Assembly (NCBI RefSeq): GCF_030028105.1
Contig: NC_092395.1
Coordinates: 30,348,424-30,412,423 of the forward strand
Direction of reading: 5' to 3'
Length of the DNA stretch: 64,000 nt
From: Mobula birostris
Taxonomy: Eukaryota
This document shows positions 39,433-52,314 of this stretch, piece after piece. The notes beneath the pieces were generated by a model that had not been told where the DNA came from, searched no databases, and saw only the letters and a program-made list of their open reading frames with translations. Numbering within the stretch: position 1 is the first letter of the stretch; every line of letters begins with the position of its first letter. Both the position numbers and the translations under genes were made by a program.

Positions 39433-40494
39433 AGAAATAAACTATTCAGAGCTAGTGCAGCTCATTAAACAGCCTTGGTTGTGCACTTGAAGAACGATGA
39501 CGTACAGGACTGCAGACCCGGCACCAGCAGTCGGGATGAGTCCAGATAGTTTTCCCTCTAGGGGCAAGGACATTATGGGCTGAATCACATCTTAAGTTGG
39601 GATTTTTTTTCTGACTCAATGATAAAATGGGAGCAGCCATAAAGAACAACCCTGGGCATTCTTCACTGGATTAGTTCAAACGATGTGAGGGTAAAGTCAA
39701 TCCAATGCATTTGGCTCTGGCCAGTTTAACAAATTCCTGTAGTTACAAGATGCAGGACCTGAAAACTCCAGTTGTGTCTAGGGCTTAAGCCATGATTTGT
39801 CGGTATAGTACCACAAAAAGAATCTGAATCTGGTTCTGCGAGGAATTGGTCCATTAAGAAACTTCCCAAGGAAAGAAAAAGATTCTGAATTTTACTCCTG
39901 TTTCCCCATTCCTCCCACATCAAAGCAGTACTGAAAAGGACTCAGAAAAAATCAAATTGTGTGAAAGTTCACATGATATCTTAGGAAGGGTTCTAGGACT
40001 TGTGAGGAATAAACCCTGTCTGACTATTTGTGACAATCATGCTTAAACAGAATAAGTAGACAAGGTCTACATTGACGCAATCAGAACTCACATGGGTAAG
40101 AACACAGAATACAGCTGACGAAGGATTTACAAACCAATTGACCTTTCCCTGATTTCTCCTTTTTTCCAGAGAGCATCATAGAATAGTCACTGCTGAACTG
40201 TCCCTTAAGTTTGGACTTCCCTCTTTAAGTTTGAAGATGATCTTATTTGATCAATAGTTAATCTATGCTGAGTCGATGATATTAATTGAACTCAGTGCTT
40301 GTACCATGGGAGCGAGGACTAGATGAAGGGTCACCACACATTCACTGCATTTGGTAACTCCTGGGTAAAATAGTCATCAGGTGGGAGGCAAATGGATCTT
40401 GGTGCACATAAATCCCAAATGGCCAACTGGAAGAGATGCAGATACAGCTATATCCCAGCGTCTTTGGGAGGGGTGGGAATGAATAACTGATCCT

Positions 40495-41103
40495 GGTCAA
40501 AAAGGTACAACAGCACCTTTATTTCCTGCAGAGCATGAAGAAAGCTCACCTCTGTCTCAGGATACGACAGACTTTTACCGCTGTACCATTGAGAGCATAC
40601 TCACCATCTGCATCTCAGTGTGGTATGGCAATTGTCCCGTATTGGACCACAAAGCACTCCAGCGTGTGGTGAAAACTGCCCAGCGGATTATCGGCACCCA
40701 ATTGCCCACCATTGAGAACATCTACCATAAACGCTGCCTGGGCAGAACAAAAAGCATTATCAAGGATGCATCTCACCCTCACCATGGACTTTTTACTCTC
40801 TTCCCATCCAGTAGGTGCTACAGGAGCCTCCGCTCCCGCACCAGCAGGCACAGGAAGAACTTCTTCCCTGAGGCTGTGACCCTGCTGAACCTCACATCAC
40901 AGCGCTAAGCAGTATTGCACCCATATTGTACTGTCTCAGTACTTTTATATTTGTGTGTTGTAGCAGTTACTTTTTATTTGCAGTTGTAAGTAGCACTATT
41001 CTTTGCATTTCTGGTTAGATGCTAATTGCATTTCATTGGCTTTGTATCTGTACTCGGCACAATGACAATAAAGTTGAATCTAATCTAATCTAATTTAATC
41101 TAA
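40495..41103 (+). mobile_element. Rex1/Babar LINE 3' fragment with an (aatct)n tail, next to the pinhead 3' end
   Basis: WYGNC..DHKALQRVVKTAQRIIG...SHPHHGLFTLFPSSRCYRSLRSRTSR. Confidence 0.88.
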
Positions 41104-41244
41104 TGTTCCGCCAGTGCATTATGCAAACCAGCCTCATGATGCCCAAGACTTTTGGAAGGGTTTACTTTTGCTGCACTGCATTATCAGTCTAGGCATCTTA
41201 CATCTGGTACTGCTTTCGTAGTTGGTGCATTATTTCCTTGCTCA

Positions 41245-41404
41245 TCATGAGGTTGTCCGGTGGCACTTACAGGATTTGATAGTATAGATGTTCCTGATCT
41301 TTCCATGTCTGTTCATGATTGCATGAATTTCATATTCCTGAGGAGAGTACCCATTGGATGAGCCATCTTCCCAAGCCACACATTGGTCACTATTATGCCT
41401 GTCC
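41245..41404 (-). pseudogene. pnhd: pinhead last coding exon
   Basis: tttttacag|(R)DRHNSDQCVAWEDGSSNGYSPQEYEIHAIMNRHGKIRNIYTIKSCKCHRTTS*; the phase-2 start fits the previous exon; terminal CxC. Confidence 0.9.
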
Positions 41405-41909
41405 CTGTAAAAATTAAAGATAAAAAATAAACAAGTGTGCAGCATTATTCCTTAAAATGCAGGCAGGGTTATTATTACAATATATCCTGATTGCTTTAAA
41501 TCCAAACCCAAAATAACCTTGAGTTTCCATATCCCTGTTCTGACAGCGTAGGCACCCTTTTAAATTGTGCCATTTGTGTAGTTTGTGAACACAGGTCACA
41601 TAAAAATCAGAAGAATTGTGAATGGAACCATACATTGTCCATTCATCAGAGAGCATAGAACACCTGACATGTGTACAGTATATACATATAAATTGGACAA
41701 CTTTCATCCCATCTACAATATGCATTGCACATATCTTTGAACAAGAATATAAGAATACCTGTAACATGCAAGTGGACCAGGTTCATTTTTAAAATTTGTA
41801 CCGTATGTTTCAGGGTAGTAAAAAAAAGCCTGACAAAAAGGTTCCTGTACCATCAGAGTGTCAAAGATCTCCCTTATTTGGGATTTAACCATGCGTAAGC
41901 CTTGATATG

Positions 41910-42161
41910 GGCACGTGTTGTGCACGTGGCCAAGTGGTTAAGGCGTTCGTCTCGTTATCTCAAGGTTGCTAGTTCGAGCCTCAGCTGTGGCAGCGTGTTT
42001 GTGCCCTTGAGCAAGGCACTTAATGACATATTGCTCCTAGTGTCTGTGCGGAAAGTGGTGCCCCACACAGACTTCCAATCTGCGCCTTGTAAGGCATGAA
42101 AATGCCTGACACAGGCCTCTCATGGTCTGAGCTGATGTTCCCTCCCTCCCCTACCCCCCCA
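41910..42161 (+). mobile_element. tRNA-derived SINE with a 19-bp target-site duplication
   Basis: A-box tggccaagtgg, B-box gttcgagcc, C-rich tail. Flanked by atgYgtaagccttgatatg at 41891-41909 and 42162-42180. Confidence 0.82.
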
Positions 42162-43061
42162 ATGTGTAAGCCTTGATATGATAACTGATGTTATCAATGG
42201 GTCATCACTTAAAAACATGAAGTCTCTCTCTGTTCTTTATTGTGACAACTCCTCTGAAACTGAGATCAAAGAAGTTATTGATGTTTTAAATCCAAGCCCA
42301 AGCAATTAAATCCAAGCAATAAAAAGATGGTGTATAATGGTCTGTTAATAATTCTACAGTGCAGAAGTTATCAAGCTTTAACTTGAAAGCTTTCAGGGTC
42401 ATTTCAGTAGACCTCAATGGAAGGAATGAGATTTAAAATAGTGGTGCTAGAATAACTCCAAACATGAGAGAGTCTGCAGATGCTGGCAATCCAAGCAACA
42501 CACACAAAATGCTGGAGGAACTCAGCAGGCCAGGCAACATCTGTGGAAAAGAGTAAACCGTCGACTTTATGGGCCGAGACCCTTCATCCGCACTTAAGTT
42601 TGGCCTCCAAGCCTCTGAAGACTGCAATAATGTTTCTCAACCTCCGCGTGCCATCTTGGCTGAACAAAGGAGCACTTTTATTAATAGACTAAGAGAACTG
42701 CACTGCTCCAAAGAGCACTGTACGAGGCCATTCTTATCCTCCGCCATATAATGAGTCAGCCTATAGTCGTGGAAGCAATGAACCTCTCCTGTTAGACTGC
42801 TTGAGGTAACTTATTTTTTATTCTTTCTTACTTTCTTCTAATATTTATATATTTGTATATCTGTGCACTTGTAATGCTACCGTGACTTTGTAACTCCCTT
42901 TGGGATCAATAAAGTACCTATCTATCTAATGCCAATTGGTTTGAGTTCTAGATCTGACACAGAAGCTGTAGTCTGCATCCTTAGAAAGCAAATCCTAGCA
43001 GGAGTGGATGAGGGAGGTGAGGATAGGAGAGTGGGGCATTCCATGGGCCATGTGTGCTTAC

Positions 43062-43120
43062 CTTCGGAGACACCCACTTCCTGCAGTACACACTCCCAAA
43101 CATCTGCCAACATCGATTTC
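43062..43120 (-). pseudogene. pnhd: pinhead exon (EIDVGRCLG)
   Basis: tgtttcag|EIDVGRCLGVCTAGSGCLR+AG|gtaagc; 59 nt, phase 0 to 2. Confidence 0.9.
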
Positions 43121-43229
43121 CTGAAACATTAGCACAACAAAGAGGCGCAGTCACTTCAGAAACCTGAGTAGGAACAGCAGCCAGGCACTGAGCAAACGGT
43201 AGCAGCTGAGTAATTAACACCTGCAGTAC

Positions 43230-43411
43230 CTTGAGCTCCTCTTCCTTCTCACCCCTGGAGTTAATGGTGATCACATAGTAATACTCCACATGGGGCAGTC
43301 TGTAGCAATTCTCTCGCACCTCCCATGATTGCACAGTCTGAATAAGCTCCAAACCATGTGGACTGTCCAGCACAACTGAGTCAAATTCAGTGGGTACACA
43401 TCTCAAACCAC
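43230..43411 (-). pseudogene. pnhd: pinhead exon (CVPTEFDS...CYRLPHVEYYY)
   Basis: ccctgtag|xGLRCVPTEFDSVVLDSPHGLELIQTVQSWEVRENCYRLPHVEYYYVITINSRGEKEEELK|gtactg; 182 nt, phase 1 to 0. Confidence 0.9.
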
Positions 43412-43964
43412 CTACAGGGAGCTAAACAGAGCAAGGCTATAAAAATGGCTTCTCTCAGTGACGCTTTATGAAACTCTGTCCATGAAGCTTCACTGAGGAG
43501 AATTGCTCGGACACTGATCACCACATCTCAAACTACAGCCCCGTTGTTCTCAAAAGCAATGAGCACCGCCCACGAGAACTGTCCTTTAACCATATTGGTG
43601 ATACAAGTTATATGGGAGGGCTTGCAACTGTTGATTCATTTATTCTTTAATTTGCACAATTTGTCTTCTTTTGCATTTTGGCTGTCAGTCTCTGTTTATG
43701 CATGCTTTTTTAAAATAAAATCTGTTGGATTTCTTTCTCTTCGTGAAAATGCCTGCAAGGAAATGAATCTCAAGATGTATATCACACAAAATGCTGGAGG
43801 AAATCAGCAGGCCAGACAGCATCTATGGAAAAAGTACAGACAACGTTTTGGGCCGACAATTTTTTTCCATAGATGCTGCCTGGCCTGCTGAGCTCCTCCA
43901 GCATTTTGTGTGTGTTGCTTTGACTTCTGGCATCTGCAGATTTTCTCTTGCTCAAGATAGTACA

Positions 43965-44575
43965 AGAAAGCAGACTACGCTCTGTCCGCCAGAGAAAGCA
44001 GGATCTCCCAGTGGCCACACATTTTAATTCCACATCCCATTCCCATTCTGACATGTCTATCCACGGCTTCCTCTACTGTAAAGATGAAGCCACACTCAGG
44101 TTGGAGGAACAACACCTTATATTCCGTATGGGTAGCCTCCAACCTGATGGCATGAGCATTGACTTCTTTAACTTCCACTAATGCCCCACCTCCCCCTCGT
44201 ACCCCATCCGTTATTTATTTTTATACACACATTCTTTCTCTCTCTCTCCTTTTTCTCCCTCTGTCCCTCTCACTATACCCCTTGCCCATCCCCTGGGTTC
44301 CTCCCCACCTTGTCTTTCTCCCTGGGCCTCCTGTCCCATGATCCTCTCATATCCCCTTTGCCAATCACCTGTCCAGCTCTTGGCTCCATCCCTCCCCCTC
44401 CTGTCTTCTCCTATCATTTTGGATCTCCCCCTCCCCCTCCCACTTTCAAATCTCTTACTAACTCTTCCTTCAGTTAGTCTTGATGAAGGGTCTCGGCCTG
44501 AAACGTCAACTGTACCTCTTCCTAGAGATGCTACCTGGCCTGCTGCGTTCGCCAGCAACTTTGATGTGTGTTGTT
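43965..44575 (+). mobile_element. Penelope-like element 3' fragment
   Basis: QDLPVATHFNSTSHSHSDMSIHGFLYCKDEATLRLEEQHLIFRMGSLQPDGMSIDF; the hammerhead core is mutated to TTGATGA. Confidence 0.82.
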
Positions 44576-47500
44576 TTACCTTTGCTTTAATCATTTTCTA
44601 GAAGTTAGACAGCTTAGTCTTGACTATAGGACTAACCGTCACCTCCCTACCTTTCTCAGCTGACTTGGCCACCCCTCCCCCTGTATTCTCGTTGATTCCC
44701 CGGTTTTAGGTGTGCCGAATCCCAGTGGTATATTAATGATGCTGAATTAGGCATGTTACTGGAAGAGATGTAGTCTCGTCTGCCGTTGATCTCCTGTGCT
44801 TCATGTTGCCATATAATCAACCCTCCACCCTCAGGCCCGAGATAACACACGGGCATGTAACAATACTCATTAACAATACTCTGTGCTAATTTCTGAAGAA
44901 ATCAACAATGTGCGCCACTGATGCCCTCACACCACCACCCTCCACAGTGACAAATGCTGCTCTAGGCTTTGTTCTACGCAGACATCAGCTAGGTTTTAAC
45001 CCACAGCTAACTTGGGCGATTGGACCAAGGGTTAAAATCGACCCACTGAGCCTGTATGCAGATTATGGGATGAATTTACACACAAGAACTTAACAGTGGT
45101 GTTTCGGTATTGGTATTTTCTATGTGACGTCTGGGTTACATCTCTATTTAACGTATTGGAATGCTTCCATGTAATATTTCAATGGAAAAGTCTCAGTGTG
45201 CCATTGTAGTATTTCCACAGTAGTGCAGTGGTTAGCACATCGCTTTACAGTACCAGGGACCTGGGTTCAATTCCCACTGCTGCCCGTAAGGAGTTTGTAC
45301 GTTCTTGCCGTGATTGTGTGGGTTTCCTCAGGGTGTCCTGGTTTCCTCCCACAGTTGGTCATTGTAAATTATCCCGTGATCCCGTGATTAGGTTAGGATT
45401 AAATTGGGGGCTGTGGGGGGAGGGGTTGCTGGGCAGCACGGCTCAAAGTGTCAGAAGGGCCTATTCCACTGTGTATCTTAATCCCAATCCATCAGTCAAT
45501 AAATAAATAAATCAATACTTCTATGTGATGTATTGTGCGGTGCTGCCTTGTAGTATTGCCAGTATTGCCTTACATTCCCTCAGTATGTAGAGTGTGTAAC
45601 CACGAGACATCTCTGGATAATGTGCTCTATTTATGCTGTGTTGTACCTTGGAGTGGTTTGGTCTGGTTTCACAGTGTGAAATTTCCATGTGGTATCCCAT
45701 TGTCTTCAACATGTATCTGAGGGTTTGTATAATGTCTTGGTAAGTGGACAGGCAGCTATCTGGAGCAAGAGTTTAAATAATAATGGGGATACTAAATAAA
45801 GAAGCAGCTTTTCAGCCTAGTTTTTCTGTTGGTTAAGTACAGAACCTCACCTTCTACCTCGTTATGAACTGGCACCTTATTATTTAACTGCACTTTGTTA
45901 CTGTTACCTTTTATTCTGCATTGTTATATTTCACCTTGTTCTACCTCGATGCACAGTGTAATGATTTGATCTGTATGCGAGACAAGCCTTTCACTGTATC
46001 TCAGCACACGTGACAGCATTAAGCCAATTCCATAAGACCATAAGCAGCATTAGGCTATTTGACCCATCGAGCCTGCTACACCATTCGATCATGGATGATC
46101 CTTTCAAAATCTACTTTTTATTTTCCCCTTTAACTCCCATTCTCCCCATAACCTCTGACACCCTTACTAATGTAGATCTATCAACCTCTGCTTTAAATAT
46201 ACCCAATGACTTGGCCTCCATAGCCGTCTGTGGCAATGAATTCCACTGACTTACTTCCCTTTAGCATTCCAATTGAAAATTTAAATCCAATTCTATATTT
46301 TCTGCAACATCTTTTCTCTTTACAATTGAATAATGAAATAGCTGTTGCCCGTGAAGCATGCAAATCTCAGAAATTAACCAGGATGAAGCATTGTTAATGC
46401 AGAGCATAAAACCTGTGAGAAAGGGACCCCCTGGGAAATGCACCCCGGTTAGCAACGCAGTAAGACTGAAAAGGAATAACCCAAATCTGCATCTGCAGAT
46501 TCTTTCTCGTTAGCGAGAATTCCACATTTATCGACTACAGAGCAGAGCAAAAGCCGGCATTGTCAGGCAGCAGGAGATAAAGGAAAGGAGGGCTGATGGT
46601 GGTCTGTGACCAGCAGAAAGAAAAGTCGACACGAGAACATTTTGTGAGGGTGAGGAGTGTCAAAATTGGTGGAATGGGGTGGGGCTCTGATGAGTGATCA
46701 AGACTGCCCTGTGTCAGATCTTCTAAGCAGTGCGGGAAACAGTCCGTTACATAAAACACAAACATGCTTTACACGGCAATTTTATTACCATCTTCATTGG
46801 CTAGATGGGTAAGTATTAACCTGCCCAAACTGACCCTGAAGTAATTGGCTCTCTGGGGCTTTGCAGAGGGCAGTTAGAACCACATTGATGTGAGTCTGGA
46901 GTCGCATAAAACCCCCAAACTGGTTAGGGCGGCAGATTCCTATTTCTGAAAACACTGGGGACAAGGGTGGGGTTTTTACAATAATCTGTCAACTTCATGG
47001 TCACCGTTGCAACAACATTTTTTTTTAAATTAGAGGTTTATTCAATATTTGAATTTGACTCCCTTGGCTGCTATCTTGAATTTGGACTCCATCCTCCAAG
47101 TCTCCAGATCTCTGGACAAGAGTGCAATAATTTAGCCTCTATCCTACGTTGGGTGCAACAATCACCATTCCCAGTTCTGTAACATTGTAAAACCTGGGGA
47201 TTGGGAATAAATCTCCCTCAACCCACTGCCCATCACCTCATTATGCAGTGTCTATGTGCTGGGTAATGGAGGTGTTTATTTCCTTTCCTTGTACAGACGG
47301 TAGCGGGATCTTTACAACTCTTTAGATGCAATCACAGGCAATCAATATTCTCCTTGTGAAACCCTGGGCAATTAACACTGACCAGACAGAATCACAGAGA
47401 TATACAGCACAGGGACAGGCTCTGTCGAGGAAATGATTTTGTTGTCAGTACATCAAAAACTAGGGTTTATAGATACAAATTACTTTCCAATGGGGAACCC

Positions 47501-48170
47501 AGGAGAATTTTTGTTTGCACAGAGAGTGGTGTGAATGTGGATCATGTTACCATAAGGAATCATTGCGGCGAAGAGCATATTTGCATCCAAACAGAAACCG
47601 GAGAAGTTGCAGCGAGGGTGTTACACTTGTGGTGTTCGATGCAGGTGGGTGGGAGGAGCTTCGTGTGTTGTCTAATTACTCAATGCACCAGTCGAGTGGA
47701 GACACCACGGCTGAGGCTCACACCGGGAGCAACAATCAAAAGGAACTCAACAGCATCTCTGAAGCGAAATGGGCAATTGACATTTCAGGCCGAGATCACA
47801 ATGAATGGTCTTGACCTGAAACGTAGAGTTCCTCTGGCAGGTAGATTGCTGCACCAGTAGAAGGATGGGTTCATTCCTGAAGAGTTCCACATAATTCTCA
47901 TTTTCTTGCTTTAAATAAATGCACTTAGGCCTGTATAGTGCAGAATGTTAGACTTGATTATCATTGTTTTCACCCCCTCTAGTTGTGTGGAGTTGCCACC
48001 TCCACACTAATATTCAGCTGGGGTCTGCCAAAAAGCTCCTCACCAGAAGTGTTCTAACCAATGGTAACTGACCAGAAATATTAAGTCAGCTTCTCTACTT
48101 GTCAATGTTGCCCAACCTGTTGAGTTTGTTTTTTCCTTGGCATCATCTGTTTTATTTCTGTCTTCCATAA

Positions 48171-48683
48171 AGGCTGATTTATACTTCTGCGTCAAATTGA
48201 TGCTATAGGTACGGCATAGCCGCGAACCCTACGCAGTGCCTACGCGGATCCCTATGCCATAGCCTGACGTGCACCTCTCCCAAAATGTAACTACGCGTTG
48301 CGGCAACGCAGACCGCAACAACTGTGAGTGGTCCACTTGGTAGCATCGCATTTCCTCCTACGCTGCAATAGCTTCCCACTGGGCGACTGAAGGGCAGGAA
48401 GGAACTCTGGCTGCAATGCTTTCCATAAAGATTTACAGACCTTCGAAATTATGGAGGGCACATTTCACTTTTACGAAAAGAGACTCCCGCTTCAAACTTG
48501 TTTACCCGGAGAAAGACTACCGTGACCATGAAACCTGGCACAGGCAGGTGTGTGCACATGTGTGACGTGCGCGAATTGCAGAGCGACGCAGACACACCAA
48601 TGCACAAGTATAAATGCTCAGAACGGCATTGCCCACTTTCGTAGGCTACGGCGCAAGCTTGACACACAAGTATAAATCAGCCT
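48171..48683. mobile_element. PIF/Harbinger-type MITE
   Basis: Terminal inverted repeats aggctgatttatactt ... aagtataaatcagcct, flanked by TAA on both sides. Confidence 0.85.
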
Positions 48684-49884
48684 TAAGACGATGACTTGCA
48701 GGACCAGGATCAAGCCATTCAGCCCAATCGAGTCTGCTCCTCCACTTGGTCATGGCTGATTTAGTTTCTCTCTCAACCCTTTTCATCTACCTTCTAAAGA
48801 GCAAATGAAAAGCTAGCAGGACAATTTCCATCATCAATAACGAGCACTTGAGCGTCAAAACATGTTGCTGAAGCATTTACAGCTATTTTAAGGTTGAAGT
48901 GCTCGTCCATCTTGACTTCCTTTCAAAGTTTCCCCAGCAACAGGAGTGGGTATGCAACCAATTGGATTAACTACTTCACACGACATTAAAAAAAAATCAG
49001 CAAAAGCTACAGGACAGGACAACATATAGATGGAAAAGCTGTGCTCCAGAAGAAGCCATATCTCTAGCCAAGCTGTTCAAACTCAGTCAATCACACAATT
49101 TCAATTTACTCAGAAGCATGAAAAGTTATCCAGCTTTATCCTATTCCAACACCTGACTTTCGCCATATTCAGAAGATAAATCCAGGGGGATCTATAGAGT
49201 TAGGGAAGGTTTCTTATTTCCTGTGTAACACTTTCACACTTAAGCAAAAATATTCAACTCTGTTCATCCCGAAATCCACTTCCATACTTCAGGCAGCTAC
49301 AGAGTTAAATTATGCAGGAAACCTGAAATTAATGTGCAAAACGCCAGGAAGTCTCTGCAGGTCAGGCAATAGGTAAGGAGACAAGAGTCAGCATTTAAGT
49401 CATTGACTTTCAGAGGAGGACTAGGTTCAAGCTGTGGAAACAAATGCCTGCCAATCCTGTCACAGGCAATTCTCTTTAAATACTTACATTTCTCCTTTCC
49501 TTCGTGACAGCTGGGAAAGAAAGTCTGAGCAGCCCAAGGGAGGAGAAAGAGATATATGTTTTAACTATCTACAAAAAGGGAAATCTACTCCACTGGATGT
49601 GAGTCAGCAGAAAGCCTAAAGCATCTTTCTCCTTGCTCCATGTACCATGTATTGAAGATGGGCTGGCTGAGCTCCAACATGCTCATGCTGAAAGCTACCC
49701 TCCTTCCTCCACCAGCCTCCTATCTGCTCATCCATAATTCTCAAGATTTGTGAATGAGGAGAGTCTTTCCTCAAGGCTGGAACAGAAATAAGAGGTTTTC
49801 TTGGGCTTCTGCACAGGGTCTTGTTCTTTCAGCCCATCAAGTGCATAGAGGTTCTGACTGAAGTGATTCCATCAATCCTCTAGA

Positions 49885-50600
49885 GTTATAGAGCTCAGAA
49901 GCAGGCCCTTCAGCCCATCTAGTACATGGCAAACTGTTATTCTGCCTAATCCCATCAATCTGCACCTGTACCATAGCCCTCCAAACACCTCAAATCCCTG
50001 TACTTATCCAAACTTCACTTAAATATTGCCATCAAACCTGCATCCACCACTTCTGCTGGCAGCTCGTTCCACCCTCTCACTGCCCTTTGAGTAAAGAAGA
50101 TCTGCCTCAGGTTCACCCTTTATCTTTAACCTATGACCTCTATTACTAGTCTCACCCAAGCTCAGTGGTAAAAACCTGGTTGCATTTACCCTTTTGTCCC
50201 TCATAATTTTGTATAAATCTATCAAGTCTCCCCTCACTTGCCTACGCTCCCGAGAATAAAGTCCTAACATTCAAACTTCCCCTATAACTCAGCTCCTCAA
50301 GTTCCAGCAATTTTCTCTGTACTCTTTCAATCTTATTGATATTTTTCCTGTAGGTAGATGACCAGATTGGGCACACAATATTTCAAATTTGGTCTTATAA
50401 CAACTTCACAATAACATCCCAACTCCTGTACTCAATAGTCCAAGTTATGAAGGCCAGAGTGCCGAAAGATCTCTTTATGACCCTATCTACCTTCAAGGAA
50501 TTGTGGATCTGTATTCCTCGATCCCTCTGCTCTACTCCAGTCCTCAGTATCCTACCATTCACTGTGAATGTCCTACCCTAGTTTGTCCTCCCAAAGTGCA
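49885..50600 (-). mobile_element. CR1 LINE 3' fragment
   Basis: LGLYSRERRQVRGDLIDLYKIMR...RGHRLKIKG. Confidence 0.8.
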
Positions 50601-50874
50601 GTCCCATCTTTCCCTCATTACCACTTCGTGGTATCTCTCGTGCATATGTCCATTAACTCCCTTTTGATTTGCCATTAACTGTTTTAAGGAATAATTTACA
50701 GTAGCCGATTACCCCACGGGGGATGGAAGTAGGAACCCTAGGCCCCAGGAGGGGAAACCCATGTGGTCATGGACAAGTTCAACATAGACAGCAGCTGAGG
50801 TCAGGACTGAACCAGGATCAACACTCCCTAGGTTTCTACTACTTGTATCTATGTCCTACTCTTGTTGGCCCATC

Positions 50875-51136
50875 TCAAAGTGCATCTCCTATTTATCCGG
50901 ATTAATGTTAAAGGCTTGATGGGTAAATTGAGTGGGCCATTCAGTACCCGACTGAAAGGCAGCACAGTCTCGAGGAAGTTGAATAACCTAATTTCACCCC
51001 TATTACACCCTGAAAATATTTACGCGCATTCTCCACTGTTTAAGGTTCTCAACTCTAAACATAGAGGATTTGAACAAGAGGGTCCTCCTGGTGCCAAATT
51101 TCATCTTCCACTCCACAGAAATATTCTGCAGGTTTC
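50875..51136 (-). pseudogene. pnhd: Decayed central pinhead exon remnant
   Basis: After ttttttaag the frame reads ETCRIFLWSGR*NLAPGGPSCSNPLC. A shifted frame then reads VENARKYFQGVIGVKL...*MAHSIYPSSL*H*SG*IGD. These resemble Pinhead PSC...C, ERxxLFxGxxEVEV and FPxSxxExxIDVGxC in the right order. Stops at 51103-51101, 51022-51020 and 50943-50941. Confidence 0.5.
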
Positions 51137-51194
51137 CTTAAAAAATACTCATTAGTTTGAATATTAAATATTTTATGTGAAAATAATAAATCAC

Positions 51195-51337
51195 CTCACA
51201 TATCTGGAGTTGTTCCAGCACCCAGAGATGTTTGGAGAATCCAAAAATTTCAAAGTTGCAACTTGCTGATTGCCGGTTACTACCACACTGGGAGCCACAC
51301 TTTCCAATATCCACACTGATTGGACTGCGGGAGATAT
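51195..51337 (-). pseudogene. pnhd: pinhead exon (DISxSPISVDIGKC)
   Basis: ttttcctggcag|(D)ISRSPISVDIGKCGSQCGSNRQSASCNFEIFGFSKHLWVLEQLQICE|gtgatt; 143 nt, phase 1 to 0. Confidence 0.88.
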
Positions 51338-52314
51338 CTGCCAGGAAAATATGGTATCTTTCCAAAAGTAAAGAGGCAGCAACAGTTACATTTTAATCAA
51401 AGGAGAACTAAGAAGTCTATAAATAAAAGCACCATTGCAGAAAAACTTGAGTCACTGTAAATCTTAACAACGTACAAGAAATCTGAGGTAGAAGGAGTAA
51501 TAGGCTAGACCGGAGAGCCAGAGACAGCGTCAGGAACAAGACTCTTGGCCGGGGAGAAAATGCACAGTACAAGACAGAGTGAGTTGGTGTGAAAGAGGCA
51601 GGACAAGAGGGGGTAAAGGATGAGACTGCATCAAGCAAAGAGACTCAACCAAAGAGAAGGAAACAGGGAGGGGGGGGGAGAGAAAGAGGGCGATGGTGAG
51701 CGGGTAGCATTTAAAGAGAGAGACAGCACGAAGCAGTAGCACGGCAGCAAACGAGTCTGCAGTGTTCTGAAATGTATGTATGTACATTTGTAGAACCAGG
51801 CTTATCATTGGAGGACTTCGGCCCTGTCACTGGTGGTTTATCCAATCCTATGCAGTTTTTATATGCTGTTTATTCAGCCTTCACAATCTATTCCAAAAAA
51901 TCTCTGATTGCTCAACCCAATTTTTGGCCCTGACCCTTGTTATGATTCTTGACTCTTAACCAGAATCTTCCCTTCCTTTGTCCCCTAAGGCTTTAACTTC
52001 CTTCAGGCACTCCACATGAACAGGCCTCGCACGACTGAATTTACAACTGATCATAAGTGCAAAAGCATAATTCATAGTCAAATCATTCAAAACCAATAAA
52101 TTACCAAGCATTTGGTTTCACTCCCTCATATTGCAAATAAAGTACTCCTGAAGTGAGTTAAGAGAGTTCAATCTCACTAGGGGCCACTTCAACCACTTTG
52201 CACTAAAATGGACTTTGTTTTCTTTCTAATTGTGTTTTCTTAAAAAAATGAGAATATGTGCCTGTGATGCAGGTGCAGGCAAGCTTTTTATTGCACCTAT
52301 ATACACATGTTCTT

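Noticed and set aside
41915-41990. tRNA gene
   Set aside because: A and B boxes are present, but there is no clean acceptor stem. It continues into a SINE body and tail and is flanked by a target-site duplication.
45521-45760. Alternative candidate for the missing pinhead exon (IAACPLTK...; SHCETRPN)
   Set aside because: Similarity is marginal, it contains a stop and frame change, and it lacks the FxG and DVGxC motifs. The 50.9-51.1 kb remnant fits better.
48790-48960. Another candidate for the missing pinhead exon (LVIDDGNCP)
   Set aside because: Only one weak motif, with in-frame stops and no supporting cysteine pattern.
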